The notes under the pieces are model-generated. The model was not told the origin of the DNA. It saw nothing but the letters and a program-made list of their open reading frames with translations, and did not search any database. A stretch of DNA of 58,468 nucleotides from a virus (lineage: Duplodnaviria > Caudoviricetes): positions 1 to 58,468 of IMG/VR virus record IMGVR_UViG_3300020228_000001. One strand, given 5' to 3'. Of the stretch, positions 46,329 to 56,448 are shown in pieces. Position numbers and translations under genes: made by a program. Positions within the stretch are counted from its first letter, which is position 1, and every line of letters begins with the position of its first letter.

Positions 46329-48812
46329 TTATCCCCTCAGATAACCAATCCCGCGCGTGCTCCCATTTTCCATTTTGTTTCTCAGGGCAAAGAGCAATTT
46401 ATCAGCACCCTCGTTTCCGATTCTGGAAATAATCTGGTCAATGTCTGCGGTTTTTTCGACCTTTTCAATGACGACTGTCAGGGATATGGGCGCATGAATT
46501 GTCTGCCCGCCGCCTGGACCAGGCGCGCCAGAAAACATCCTATTGATCTTTCCCAAGGTGGTCTCTCCTCCGACAACCACATCTGCTGGATTGACTTGCT
46601 CTCCTTGGTGCCCGATTATAGCACCGGAGCCGATGATGGATCCGCCCTCTGCCATACCATATAATCCACCACCTGGCATCCACCAGGGCCGCCATGTGGT
46701 TTGCGCTGCTATGTACTCGCCCTTATCTGCCTTAACAGATTCATATTTCTTGGCGGTATTGTCCACATATGCGCTCCCTGCCTCGTTGACCGTGGCAGCA
46801 ACTGCCTTTATCGAGAGCTGCGTGATCAAAGCATTGATCGCCCTCGTGAGTTCTGTGACGCCCGGAAGCCCATCGATAAAGCTCTTGGGCGCATTGTCGT
46901 AAGCTTCTTTGGCCCTTAGCAACGAGTCCGGCACGTCCTCCTTGCGTTGGTTTCCCCCGGTGTACCACCCAGCAGGTGAGTCTGGGCGGCTCTCTTTCCA
47001 CGTCAGGCCTGCTGCCTTTTCGGCCTTCTTCAGATCGGCTTCTTTTTCGCGTTTCGTGATGCCGAGGCCGTCACGGAGCCAGGCGAGGCCGCCTTTTATG
47101 GTATCAAGCAGCCAGGTGAAGAAATCCACCATCTTCTGCCAGATCACGACACCGTAATTGATGAGCTTATTCAGGATATTGCTGTTGTTCCACAGCTTCC
47201 TGAGCATATCGAAGATGAAGGCAATCATCTTGAAGAGCGGCGAATTGGCAACGATCCCCTCCAAAGCCACCTTGAGCACGCCGCCCACGCCACCGGACTT
47301 GTATGCCTTGCCGAGTGTGCCCAGCAGGTCCTCGATCGCCTTCTTTCCGTCTGCAATCGCAGCAAAAACGCCTTTTCCGATGCTCGACTCCGAGAACATC
47401 TTCCAGGCTTTCGAAACTAGCCCAAACCTTTTCTCAAGCACGTAGAGTACTGCAATCAGGCCCACTACGGCCATGATAGCAATTCCCAGCGGATTGGCAC
47501 TCATCGCCGCGTTGAGAATCCACTGAGCAGCCGCCATGAGCTTGGTAACTATGCCTGCTTTCGATATCAGGCCGATAACCGTCATGAGGCCAGGTATGAG
47601 CGAGCCGACCATGGAGACCATCACGAGCCCTGCAGATGCAGCCCCGAGCAGCACCGCCCCCCATCCCATGGCCTTACCGAGCCCTGGGATCTTGCCTATG
47701 ATGTCAGAGAGCTTGATGAAGCCGCCCAGGACGCTGTTGAGCGCAGGTAGCACAGCATCTCCCATAGCTGCCGTTGTGGCGGTAAGCCGCTTGCTAAGGA
47801 CCTCATCCGGCCTGGCGGCAACTGCGCCGGCGAGCTGCTTATCATCCGGTGCCTCGGTGCCGAGCCTTGCCAACCTGGCTGTTGCCGAGGTGGTTGAGAA
47901 TCCGAGGCCAAAGATATCATCAAACTTGGCTGCGGAATCTCCTGAGAGCTGGGGCGCAGAGATCTCTGAGGCGAGCTGCTCTGCGGAAGCGATGCCTTTT
48001 TTCTGGAGCATCTCCTGGTTGGCAAAGAAGTACTTCTCTATATCCTCTGTTGCCTTCTGAGCGGCTTTCTGGCCCATGCCCTTGTTCTTGCTGAGCACTG
48101 TCTGGAAGGTGCCCATCCGGGAGTCTCGGCCCGCGGACCAGTCGTCTCCCTGGGCAGACTCTATCCACTTCTCGGCTCCGGCCTTGTCGGGCAGCTTGCG
48201 GGCCATTAGCCTGCTGTCTAGGGTGGACTTGATGTAATTCTGAGAATGCTTCGATGATAGGGCCGCTGCTGCCGCCATTCCGACCATAGCTGCCGCTGCG
48301 ACGGTAAGGGCGGTGCGGTACTGGACCAGATTGGCAGAGGCGTTCTGCAGCCACCCCGTAAAGCCGGTCCCACTGCCGGCCAGGAAGCCGGACAGTGAGG
48401 ACTTGAGAGAGGCTACGCCCAGGTGCATGGCGCCGGATGTGCCCCAGAAAGCTGCCAGAGTCTTTTGACGCTGGAACTCTGCGGACACCCTGCCCAGCGA
48501 GGATACCAGGCCCGGCCCGATCGCCCGGCCAGCGTTCGCCACGGCTCCGAGGGCCTGCTGGTACTGAGCGAGCGGTGCGACTGCTTTTGATGTCAGGGCT
48601 CCGCCTAGTGCGGACAGATCCTTCATGGCCCCGGCATGAGCGGCGCTGGCGGCTACGGACGCTCTGCGGGCCTGCTCGAAACCGGATGAATCGATCCCTA
48701 GCTTTATCTTGGAATTATTTAGAAGAGCGTCCCTTTGTTTGCGGATCTCTACGAGGCGGTTTCCTATGCCATCTACGACATCGAGCTTGATTGTGACCTG
48801 TCTTTCCGTCAT
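46329..48812 (-). CDS. Tape measure protein
   Basis: 827 aa, Ala/Gly-rich, AAQWILNAAMSANPLG motif; after the tail chaperones. Confidence 0.88.
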   Translation of the reverse strand: MTERQVTIKLDVVDGIGNRLVEIRKQRDALLNNSKIKLGIDSSGFEQARRASVAASAAHAGAMKDLSALGGALTSKAVAPLAQYQQALGAVANAGRAIGPGLVSSLGRVSAEFQRQKTLAAFWGTSGAMHLGVASLKSSLSGFLAGSGTGFTGWLQNASANLVQYRTALTVAAAAMVGMAAAAALSSKHSQNYIKSTLDSRLMARKLPDKAGAEKWIESAQGDDWSAGRDSRMGTFQTVLSKNKGMGQKAAQKATEDIEKYFFANQEMLQKKGIASAEQLASEISAPQLSGDSAAKFDDIFGLGFSTTSATARLARLGTEAPDDKQLAGAVAARPDEVLSKRLTATTAAMGDAVLPALNSVLGGFIKLSDIIGKIPGLGKAMGWGAVLLGAASAGLVMVSMVGSLIPGLMTVIGLISKAGIVTKLMAAAQWILNAAMSANPLGIAIMAVVGLIAVLYVLEKRFGLVSKAWKMFSESSIGKGVFAAIADGKKAIEDLLGTLGKAYKSGGVGGVLKVALEGIVANSPLFKMIAFIFDMLRKLWNNSNILNKLINYGVVIWQKMVDFFTWLLDTIKGGLAWLRDGLGITKREKEADLKKAEKAAGLTWKESRPDSPAGWYTGGNQRKEDVPDSLLRAKEAYDNAPKSFIDGLPGVTELTRAINALITQLSIKAVAATVNEAGSAYVDNTAKKYESVKADKGEYIAAQTTWRPWWMPGGGLYGMAEGGSIIGSGAIIGHQGEQVNPADVVVGGETTLGKINRMFSGAPGPGGGQTIHAPISLTVVIEKVEKTADIDQIISRIGNEGADKLLFALRNKMENGSTRGIGYLRG

Positions 48813-49324
48813 TTAACCACCGGAATTATCCACTGATGGACGTTAAGCCTTCTACCATCCTCACTTTCTGTCTTCCCACATATCAGGCAGGTGCGGTCAA
48901 AAAATTCCCGAACCCTCTCCCTAAACTCGTGATTGAATTTTGGACAATATGGTTCAAAGCTTGCCCCGCCCCACCAACATGGGCTTTGCTCTCCAGAATG
49001 TGCAATGGAGTTCTTCAGTTTTGCTTCGGGTGTGTGGTGTTTTCCATATCTAATTGAAAGTGGACCAGTCTTTCCGTACTTGGCATTTTTCTCTCCTCGA
49101 TTCGCCGCAGAAATCTTGGCCCGCGTTTCGGGTGATAAGTGTTTCCCCCAATTGACATGTTTTTCACCAGAGTTGCTGGCAGATAGTTTAGCACGTGTTT
49201 CTTCTGTGTGATGCCTCCCAAACATCGGATGTGCTGCCCCAGACGCGCACCCCAACCCCAATTTCTTCCGTGTTGACGAGAGTTTTGCTTTCGATTCCGC
49301 ACTCATATGCTGCCCCTTTCTCAT
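48809..49324 (-). pseudogene. NUMOD3-repeat homing endonuclease truncated within the HNH motif
   Basis: H.S/T.E.(R/K).K.S repeats; CLICG..LNVH followed by an unrelated 8-aa tail and stop. Confidence 0.65.
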
Positions 49325-49389
49325 ATGTCTAACAAGGCCTCAAAACTATATCAAATCGATTAGCGCGGGGCGAAAGTGATGTTAATCCC

Positions 49390-49686
49390 TTACCTGTATC
49401 TCATATCTTCTTGCACCAGTGCCCGGACCCTGCCGTCCAGGATCTTCCTCATCCCCGCCTGCTTCTGCCTCTTCTCAACCAGGGCCGAGTGCTCTTCCGT
49501 GCCTGGCTTTTTCGCTTTCCGCATAGCGAAATAATCCTTGGTCGTCATTCCTTCTTGTGCCACGGCCGCCCCCCTCTTGACTAACCCATTTCCGGCCTTG
49601 ATCTGGGCGTCCTCCATCCCAGCCAGGCCGAGAAAGAGGATCTGAGCCGAGGTCAGGTCCGCCACCGGCCCGAATCCTTGCCCCAT
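49390..49686 (-). CDS. Tail assembly chaperone, frameshifted C-terminal part (gpGT-like)
   Basis: Reached by -1 slip at T-TTT-TTC (49725-49731). Confidence 0.65.
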   Translation of the reverse strand: MGQGFGPVADLTSAQILFLGLAGMEDAQIKAGNGLVKRGAAVAQEGMTTKDYFAMRKAKKPGTEEHSALVEKRQKQAGMRKILDGRVRALVQEDMRYR

Positions 49687-49691
49687 GCAGG

Positions 49692-50345
49692 CTATTCTTG
49701 ACCAGATCTGGCCTTCTGGGCTAAGAAAAAAGATTCGATCTCCGACCAGGCCGCTGTGGAGGCCCCGATTATGGCCATGCCGATCATGAGCACCGAGAAG
49801 CCCCTCAGCTCGTCAACCATTGCGGCTACGTCGCACTCATCACAGCCTTTGCCCTTGCAGGTGCACCCCGGATCTGGGACGATGCCTGCCTTGCACAGCT
49901 CGCCCAGGAAGAGCGTGAGCTTTGGTGATAGTGCCTTGGATGCTTTCGCCGTGAGTTCTGAGGAGGGCGGTTTAACCTCAATCTGACCGATTTCTTCTGC
50001 CGTGAATTGCCCGATCAGTTTCTTTTTTAGGTCTGATGGGAGGGCGTTTCCTGACCGGATCTCGGCCAGTTCCTCCTCTGTGAAGCATTTGGACACCCTT
50101 TCTGCCAGCTCAGGCGGTAGCGGTCCGGCCTTAAGCGAGGCTACTTCCTCGTCGGTGAGCCCCTGAGAGGACATCGACGCCAGGGCGTCCTCCAGCTTAT
50201 ACTCCGTTCTGTCTTCTATTCTGGCAAGCCCTAGATCTGGAATGGCGTGGCAGCGAACCACAGCACCGCCGTACTGCTCTAGCGGCACTTCAATCTCAAA
50301 ATTCTTCCCCATCAAAATTTGTTTTCGGCTAAGATAATTTGGCAT
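49692..50345 (-). CDS. Tail assembly chaperone (gpG-like)
   Basis: Between tube and tape measure genes; slippery heptamer near the 3' end. Confidence 0.7.
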   Translation of the reverse strand: MPNYLSRKQILMGKNFEIEVPLEQYGGAVVRCHAIPDLGLARIEDRTEYKLEDALASMSSQGLTDEEVASLKAGPLPPELAERVSKCFTEEELAEIRSGNALPSDLKKKLIGQFTAEEIGQIEVKPPSSELTAKASKALSPKLTLFLGELCKAGIVPDPGCTCKGKGCDECDVAAMVDELRGFSVLMIGMAIIGASTAAWSEIESFFLAQKARSGQE

Positions 50346-50391
50346 GAAAAGCTCCTATTGCTGTTTATTATAAAAATAGAAATATGCCCCC

Positions 50392-50952
50392 TCATCTAGG
50401 GAGCTTGTAGCTGAACTTGAAATCTCGGCTTGACACCACCGTGTTCTTCTCCGGGATGTCTCGATTGATTTTCGTGACCTTGCAGTCCACGAGCGCCTCC
50501 AGGTACCCGAAGTTTCCGGCCCCAATCTCGGCCTCGATGGCCTCCTCAAAAGTCATACCTGCCTGGGGGGTCCTCTTGCCCTGCACTTCCAGGATGTAGA
50601 TATCGAAGTACTTAGAGAGCCCCTCATCTGCCTGATCCTGCAGGAGCTGGGTGAGGATCAGAGCATCCTTCTGCGTCATGACGTTCTCGCCAGTGACCAG
50701 GAACGATGCATAAGCAAAGCTGCCGGTGTATGTGTGCTCCTGGTTGGTCAGAGCCACCGGATCATGCGTGCCGGTGCCGTGCTCATCCGACACGTTATGG
50801 TTGGCTGCATAGTTGATTGACCGCAGGGGGAAATAGAGCCCTGCGATATCAATCACCAGATCCAGGCCGGAGATGTTGTGCAGCGCATAGCCGTCCGAGA
50901 CCATGTATGTAGATTTCGGGTGATGCCCGATAGAGTTGTAATTGTCTGCCAT
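50392..50952 (-). CDS. Tail tube protein
   Basis: 186 aa directly after the sheath gene; beta-rich. Confidence 0.7.
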   Translation of the reverse strand: MADNYNSIGHHPKSTYMVSDGYALHNISGLDLVIDIAGLYFPLRSINYAANHNVSDEHGTGTHDPVALTNQEHTYTGSFAYASFLVTGENVMTQKDALILTQLLQDQADEGLSKYFDIYILEVQGKRTPQAGMTFEEAIEAEIGAGNFGYLEALVDCKVTKINRDIPEKNTVVSSRDFKFSYKLPR

Positions 50953-50954
50953 AT

Positions 50955-52631
50955 CTAGGCCTCCGCTATGGCGGTTGTGTCATAGTACTCGACGCCTATC
51001 CAGGTCTGGACCCGCTCGATGTGTCCGACTGGCTGAATCTTCAGAGAGATGTCCACTGCATTATGATCGCTCTCTGTGGGGGTGACGGCCAGTGTGTAAG
51101 TGTCCAGCACGCCCATGCCCATGAACTTTTCGAGCAGCACGTCAATCGACGCCTTCATCCGGGCCAGGTTGGTCGCGGTCCTGCGCTCGTTCATGAACTT
51201 CTTCACGATCTGATCCACAATTATGATAGTGGCGCAGATGGTCCTCACGTCCACCGTCCGGTAGAACGAATCATCGAGGTTGGTGGTGACACCGACATAG
51301 GGATGCACCCCCGTCTCTTTGATCATCACTTCCAAGCCGGCTGCATTCAGCACCTCTCTTTCTGCCTCATCCCACTGGAAGAGCAGTCCCTGAATTCCCT
51401 TGAGGCTGTTGTCATCTACTGCTGGAGATGTGCCCAGCCTGAGAGTTGCCTCCTGTCCTGCCCGCGCACCGGCGATATCCGCTTCAGTGTTGTCAAAGCC
51501 GTTGCTGATCAAGGTCATGAACAGGTTATTGTACCCTGCCACGAGGTCTGTCAAGTCCTCGGCCTCGGCGGTCTGATCCAGCGAGATGAATCCCTGGCAC
51601 GGTGACATCTTGCCCACCGGCTTGTTGGCCATCCTGGTCAAGAAGGCGTCCATGAGGGCCACGATCTCGACCTGGCCTTCATCTATGCCATACTCGGTGG
51701 CAAATACTGCAGATGGGTAGACGTTGGCTGGGAGATTCTCGACCACGGCGGTAAAGGCAGCATCCCAATCATCCTCGACGATAGTGGCGCCATTCAGGCC
51801 GCCCGTCATGTTGGTGGCTGCCATGAGTTCGGGCAGATGAGTAGCTCCGACCTCCATGGTGAACGAGACCAGCGCATCGTTCTTCATCTTGGCATCGAGC
51901 ATGGTCAGGCTCTTGATGTTGTTGTAGACCATAGGCAGCGTGCCGGCGTCCACGTCTGTGATTGTGACTTTCCTGCTGTATGCCTTATAGCGGATCTCGA
52001 CCTTCTGGGCAGTGGTCGGCCACTCACCGGTGGCGAATGATAGCGCGCCGAGTGTCTTGTCTACCTTGCACTCTTTCGGTGTCTGGGCCGGGTCTGCATC
52101 GCCTGTATAGACTATGGTGTAAGCGATACCAGCAACTTCGACGTAATTGACAGTTGACTCGTGGATGTCATTGTAGAGCAGCGCATAAGCCGAAGTGCCG
52201 CCGTTGCCTGCGAAGGACTCCACGGTGGTGAAGTGTAGATCTCCTCGCTCTATGGTAATTGTCGGGATGTTGCCAGAGAGGCCGGGCCCGGTCGCTTCGA
52301 AGGTGCCCACGACATTGTCATCTCCGTCCTCCACGTCAAGGGATGCGGTTGCGTAGCCTGCGCCCAGAACTCGGACGCCGTACACGATTGAGCAGCCCTG
52401 GTCTGCGGCAGCCTCAAGCCCTTCCTTGAGTTTCCCGGCATAGTAAGTCTTTTTGATCTTGCTGGCGGCACTTGCGGCGATTCCGTAGGGAACCATCGCA
52501 GGCCCCCTGTCGGCCGTGCCGATGCCCACGACGACACCACGGCCAACCGTGACGGCTACCTGGCCGATGCTCTCCAGAGTAACTACGTGCCGCAGGAAAT
52601 TGTACTGATTACCAAGCATTATTTCGGCCAT
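50955..52631 (-). CDS. Tail sheath protein
   Basis: IGTADRGP N-terminus; LNAAG..GVTT..VRT and I.L.IQPV..IE C-terminal sheath motifs. Confidence 0.88.
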   Translation of the reverse strand: MAEIMLGNQYNFLRHVVTLESIGQVAVTVGRGVVVGIGTADRGPAMVPYGIAASAASKIKKTYYAGKLKEGLEAAADQGCSIVYGVRVLGAGYATASLDVEDGDDNVVGTFEATGPGLSGNIPTITIERGDLHFTTVESFAGNGGTSAYALLYNDIHESTVNYVEVAGIAYTIVYTGDADPAQTPKECKVDKTLGALSFATGEWPTTAQKVEIRYKAYSRKVTITDVDAGTLPMVYNNIKSLTMLDAKMKNDALVSFTMEVGATHLPELMAATNMTGGLNGATIVEDDWDAAFTAVVENLPANVYPSAVFATEYGIDEGQVEIVALMDAFLTRMANKPVGKMSPCQGFISLDQTAEAEDLTDLVAGYNNLFMTLISNGFDNTEADIAGARAGQEATLRLGTSPAVDDNSLKGIQGLLFQWDEAEREVLNAAGLEVMIKETGVHPYVGVTTNLDDSFYRTVDVRTICATIIIVDQIVKKFMNERRTATNLARMKASIDVLLEKFMGMGVLDTYTLAVTPTESDHNAVDISLKIQPVGHIERVQTWIGVEYYDTTAIAEA

Positions 52632-52780
52632 TAGGCATCCACCTCAACCTCAACCTTTTTGTTCCGAGCTATCGCGAGCCCAGACTCCTTTACCCACTTC
52701 TGAAACTGCTCTTTCGTGATGGGAGGATTTGGCAGCAGCATAGCGTCCACTGCCCTCATGAGAATCTTCTTTTTCGCCAT
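52631..52780 (-). CDS. Small hypothetical protein (49 aa)
   Basis: GAGGT SD; TAATG-coupled to the sheath gene. Confidence 0.45.
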   Translation of the reverse strand: MAKKKILMRAVDAMLLPNPPITKEQFQKWVKESGLAIARNKKVEVEVDA

Positions 52781-52808
52781 AGGTACCTCAAAATAAATTA
52801 GAAAATAG

Positions 52809-53417
52809 CTAAACAGCAGCGGCGATGCATGCCACTATTCCAACCGCGAGCTCGACCTCTCTCACCTCAGATGTCCAGGTGATATGGTCCTCTGATTCGC
52901 CTACCTGCATTTCATTGTGAACTGTCTTGATATAATCGTCAAGCGATACCGCGCTAACTTCATACTCCAGCTTCAGATCCACCTGCGCCCAAAACAGATT
53001 TTTGCCTCCATCGAGCCTCTGAGGATCGAGGGGTTTACTGTCCAGGATCTCAAGAAACCGCCAGCCGTCTCGGTAGATCACGGCATCTCGGCGGGATGAT
53101 AGGCACTGGGCGTAGAATGCATACCACATCACCTCCATCTCTGCCTTCGTGTTGGCCCGCAGGACCACGTTCATGGTGGCGAAGTGATACTGCCCCCAGA
53201 AGTCGTCCAGGGTGCCGTCTGCGTTCCTGACCGTTCGCAGGATGGTGTTGCTGTAGAGGGACGGCGTGCCGACCGAGCTGAAGTAATAGGTGATAGCCGG
53301 GGCTATGAGATCTGGAATTATATTATCCGTTTCTTTTGTAGGATAATCATAGCCCGCCAGGACGTGCGGCAGCCATGCCAGAACCTTAGCCTTGGTTGCC
53401 GCTAGTAGTGGGATCAT
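52809..53417 (-). CDS. Putative tail terminator/completion protein
   Basis: PAIT motif; upstream of the sheath gene. Confidence 0.5.
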   Translation of the reverse strand: MIPLLAATKAKVLAWLPHVLAGYDYPTKETDNIIPDLIAPAITYYFSSVGTPSLYSNTILRTVRNADGTLDDFWGQYHFATMNVVLRANTKAEMEVMWYAFYAQCLSSRRDAVIYRDGWRFLEILDSKPLDPQRLDGGKNLFWAQVDLKLEYEVSAVSLDDYIKTVHNEMQVGESEDHITWTSEVREVELAVGIVACIAAAV

Positions 53418-53632
53418 GTAACGCTCTCAGAACTCGTTCTCTCAAACCGAATTTTCTTCCATTGACGCAAGCAGAACATCCTAAAAGCTTGCTCAATGCT
53501 GCGTCGCTTGCCCGTTTTGCGACCGTGGCGTCCTTCCCGGCCAGCACGAGCTGCCAGTATTCTGCCCCGGCCTGGACGGCCTCATCATATTCCGGCCCGG
53601 TGTCGATCTGCGACACCTTGCTGACAATGCTC

Positions 53633-54475
53633 TTAGCTATCTCTCGCGCTAAGATTTGATTTTCGGTAGTCCTTGACCTTGCTCGCCCAGTTCGGAGTAG
53701 AACGGAGATCCAGCTCTTGGGGCCAGAGATTTTCCATCTCCAAAAGGATATGATCGACACGAGTTTTCACCACAAAAGCCTTGATGCCGCACGTTTTTTC
53801 GGTCTCGCCCTTGATCGCCGCCTTGAGGTGGCAGTGCTGCTGAGGATTGCCTTGAATAGTCGCAATCACGCCGGGCAGGAGATTGAAATCCTTGCCTATG
53901 GCGGCTATGATAGCGGGCTCCAGAAGTCTCTCTGCCCGGATAGCTGCCCGTATTGGCAGATATCTGGTAGCATCTCCGAGGATTGCCGCCCGGATGCCCA
54001 CGTCAAGCTCCGGGCTGCCCTGGATCGTTGCCTTGACGCCGCAGCCCAGCTCATCCGTCTTTGCGAGGGCAGCGGCGATCCCCGCGGCATTCTCTCGCTC
54101 TCCCCGGATGGCAGCATTTATGCCAGAGGTCTGGCTGCGTGTGACTTGCCCCGGCATCTTGTAGATCTCGGAGTACCAGTTTCCACACGGTGGGCTGACC
54201 TCTACGAAACTGCCAATCCCACCCCAGTTAGGCAAATCGCCGGGCAACGTGAAAACGTAGATGACGTTCGCTCGTACATACAGTTGGTAATAAGCCGTTG
54301 GTTTTCGGTCTTCTGGTGATCTGACCGCCAGTTGCTGCCTGTATCCGTTTTCTGGCGGAATTTTATAGAACTCGGTCTGCCCCCGAGGCAAGTTGTAATT
54401 TATGCCCTCTGCCCAAAACCAAGACTTCCATGGCTTGTCCTGGAAGGCATCGATCCAGAACCACCCCGCGGTCAT
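53633..54475 (-). CDS. Structural protein with 15-aa I.AAI.G repeats
   Basis: Repeats shared with 55377-56438. Confidence 0.55.
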   Translation of the reverse strand: MTAGWFWIDAFQDKPWKSWFWAEGINYNLPRGQTEFYKIPPENGYRQQLAVRSPEDRKPTAYYQLYVRANVIYVFTLPGDLPNWGGIGSFVEVSPPCGNWYSEIYKMPGQVTRSQTSGINAAIRGERENAAGIAAALAKTDELGCGVKATIQGSPELDVGIRAAILGDATRYLPIRAAIRAERLLEPAIIAAIGKDFNLLPGVIATIQGNPQQHCHLKAAIKGETEKTCGIKAFVVKTRVDHILLEMENLWPQELDLRSTPNWASKVKDYRKSNLSARDS

Positions 54476-55377
54476 CAGAGATCCCCCAATAGCCTATAGG
54501 AGCTGCCCGACTCTGCCGTCCTGCGTCCAATGACTGCAAATATTGTCTTAATTTCACCAATGCCTGTTGGCGTGACCGACTGCATCGAAGCGACCACACC
54601 CACTCTCGACATATCAGGTATTAGAGAGTCCCCGATATCATAACTCCAGTAGAGCGTTTCGATTTCGCTGCCTTCTTGCTCTACAGTAATAAGGAAAGTC
54701 GGTAGGTTCGATTGATTTGACACAGCGACGCTCTTTATGACGCCCGCCGGGACGGTCTGCACCACGTCCCAGGGCTCTCCTGCACCGTCTGAGCGCAGGA
54801 GCTGGTTGCCCGCCCCGGCCAGAAGTCCGACCGGCCCGCCTGCTATGGCAGGATACCATTTCCCTGTCCAGGTCGTGGCGTCGTAAACCTCCTCGAAATC
54901 GCCGCCAGGGTACTCAGCATAATAGATCTTGTGATCCTGGCCGTAGGCCACGAGCGCCCATTTTGAGGCGGTTAGCTGGATCACAGCAACAGCAGCAGCG
55001 GGCAGAGTGGTCAGAGCCAACTTGGTCCAAGTCACCCCCGCGTTTGTGGTGGCCCACCAGCCGTCTGCAGCGCAAAAGATCGCGTGCCCATCATCGATGA
55101 AATAAAGTCCGTAGATCTTGCTTTCGTGCTCGTGAACGAGCTTGTACTTCTGGAGGTTGATCGACCGGAAGAGGTAATAATGGCCGTCCTCTGCCAGCGC
55201 CAGCACCAGCCAGATCTTGTGATATATCTGCCAGGTGTTGATTATCCTCGTGCCAGGGATGGGGCTGGAGACCTCCCAGAGGTCAGATTCTGAATATTCC
55301 TCCGCCGCCCCGCCTATCGATCTGTGTACTATGCGATCCCCGGATGATATGACTAGCCGGGGAAGTTCTTCGGCCAT
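54475..55377 (-). CDS. Beta-propeller/BNR-like protein
   Basis: TTNAGVTW, RSDGAGEPW and SYDIGDS Asp-box-like motifs. Confidence 0.55.
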   Translation of the reverse strand: MAEELPRLVISSGDRIVHRSIGGAAEEYSESDLWEVSSPIPGTRIINTWQIYHKIWLVLALAEDGHYYLFRSINLQKYKLVHEHESKIYGLYFIDDGHAIFCAADGWWATTNAGVTWTKLALTTLPAAAVAVIQLTASKWALVAYGQDHKIYYAEYPGGDFEEVYDATTWTGKWYPAIAGGPVGLLAGAGNQLLRSDGAGEPWDVVQTVPAGVIKSVAVSNQSNLPTFLITVEQEGSEIETLYWSYDIGDSLIPDMSRVGVVASMQSVTPTGIGEIKTIFAVIGRRTAESGSSYRLLGDL

Positions 55378-56438
55378 CAGTTCATCCTCCTGGCCACCCT
55401 GGCCCGGATGCCTACACTAAGCTCCTGGCCGGTCTGCACGGCTGCCTTGATGTTGCACTGTAGCTCGAACATGAACACAATCCTCGCCAGAATTCCTGCC
55501 TGCAGCTCGAAGTTCCGGGCTATTGCTGCATAGTAGCTACACGGTAGCTCCGGCTCGCCCATGATGGCGGCCAGGTTCCGGACAGTAAGCTCCGGCTCGC
55601 TCTGGATGGCTGCATAGATAGAGATTGGCAGATCCGGCTCGCCCATGATTGCCGAGATTATGCCCGGCTCCAGAAGCCGTTCCGCTCGGATAGCTGCCCG
55701 GATTGGCAGGGTAGCTTCCCGGCCTGTCTGGATTCCTGCCCGAAGATGACTAAGTAGCTCCCGGCTGTATGCTATCAAAGCATCAATACCAAAAGAAAGC
55801 TCGACGTCGGTCGCTACAGCAGCCCGAATAAGAGATGATCGTTCTGTATCGCCCTTAATCGCTGCCCTGAGATAAACGTCTACATAGGGGATAATGAGCT
55901 CGTAGTCGATGCCTGCCGCGAACATACCGGGCAACACCGAATCTAAGAGGGTCCGCCTGGCGTTTGCAAGTCTCATGGCATCGACTGAATTGAAATCTAT
56001 TATAGCCCGGCCAGGCCACCGGGATTCTATCCTCGTGCTTCCCGGTGAGCCTATCAGGGAGTCCATGACTGCCTGGATGGCAGGGATTGTGCCGGATCCG
56101 GTCAGGACCCGGGCATAGTTCTGTAGCCGGGCACGGTAGTCTTCATCTGTCTCTCCTGTCAACCGGGGCAGGTCGTAGATCCTGCCCCAGTGTTCATCCA
56201 GGTCTGAGCCCTTTGCGTACTCGATCTTGTTGAACAGACTGAATGCCTGAATCCCCTGCTGGAGCCAGTCGAACCTCTGCGCTAGGCCCACGGCGATGCT
56301 GTCCATGACAGGAGGCACGGAGGAGATAGGCTTAACGATCCGGGCCTTGATGCCTATAGATAGCTCCGACCCCCCGACACGATAGGGAGAAGCGAGATAC
56401 CAATCCGCCCCATAAAAAGATTCGCCGTAGCCTGTCAT
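55377..56438 (-). CDS. Baseplate wedge (gpI-like) domain plus 15-aa repeat region
   Basis: AKGSDLDEHWGRIYDLPRLTGETDEDYRARL motif, ending in AAG. Confidence 0.65.
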   Translation of the reverse strand: MTGYGESFYGADWYLASPYRVGGSELSIGIKARIVKPISSVPPVMDSIAVGLAQRFDWLQQGIQAFSLFNKIEYAKGSDLDEHWGRIYDLPRLTGETDEDYRARLQNYARVLTGSGTIPAIQAVMDSLIGSPGSTRIESRWPGRAIIDFNSVDAMRLANARRTLLDSVLPGMFAAGIDYELIIPYVDVYLRAAIKGDTERSSLIRAAVATDVELSFGIDALIAYSRELLSHLRAGIQTGREATLPIRAAIRAERLLEPGIISAIMGEPDLPISIYAAIQSEPELTVRNLAAIMGEPELPCSYYAAIARNFELQAGILARIVFMFELQCNIKAAVQTGQELSVGIRARVARRMN

Positions 56439-56448
56439 GGAAAAGTAC

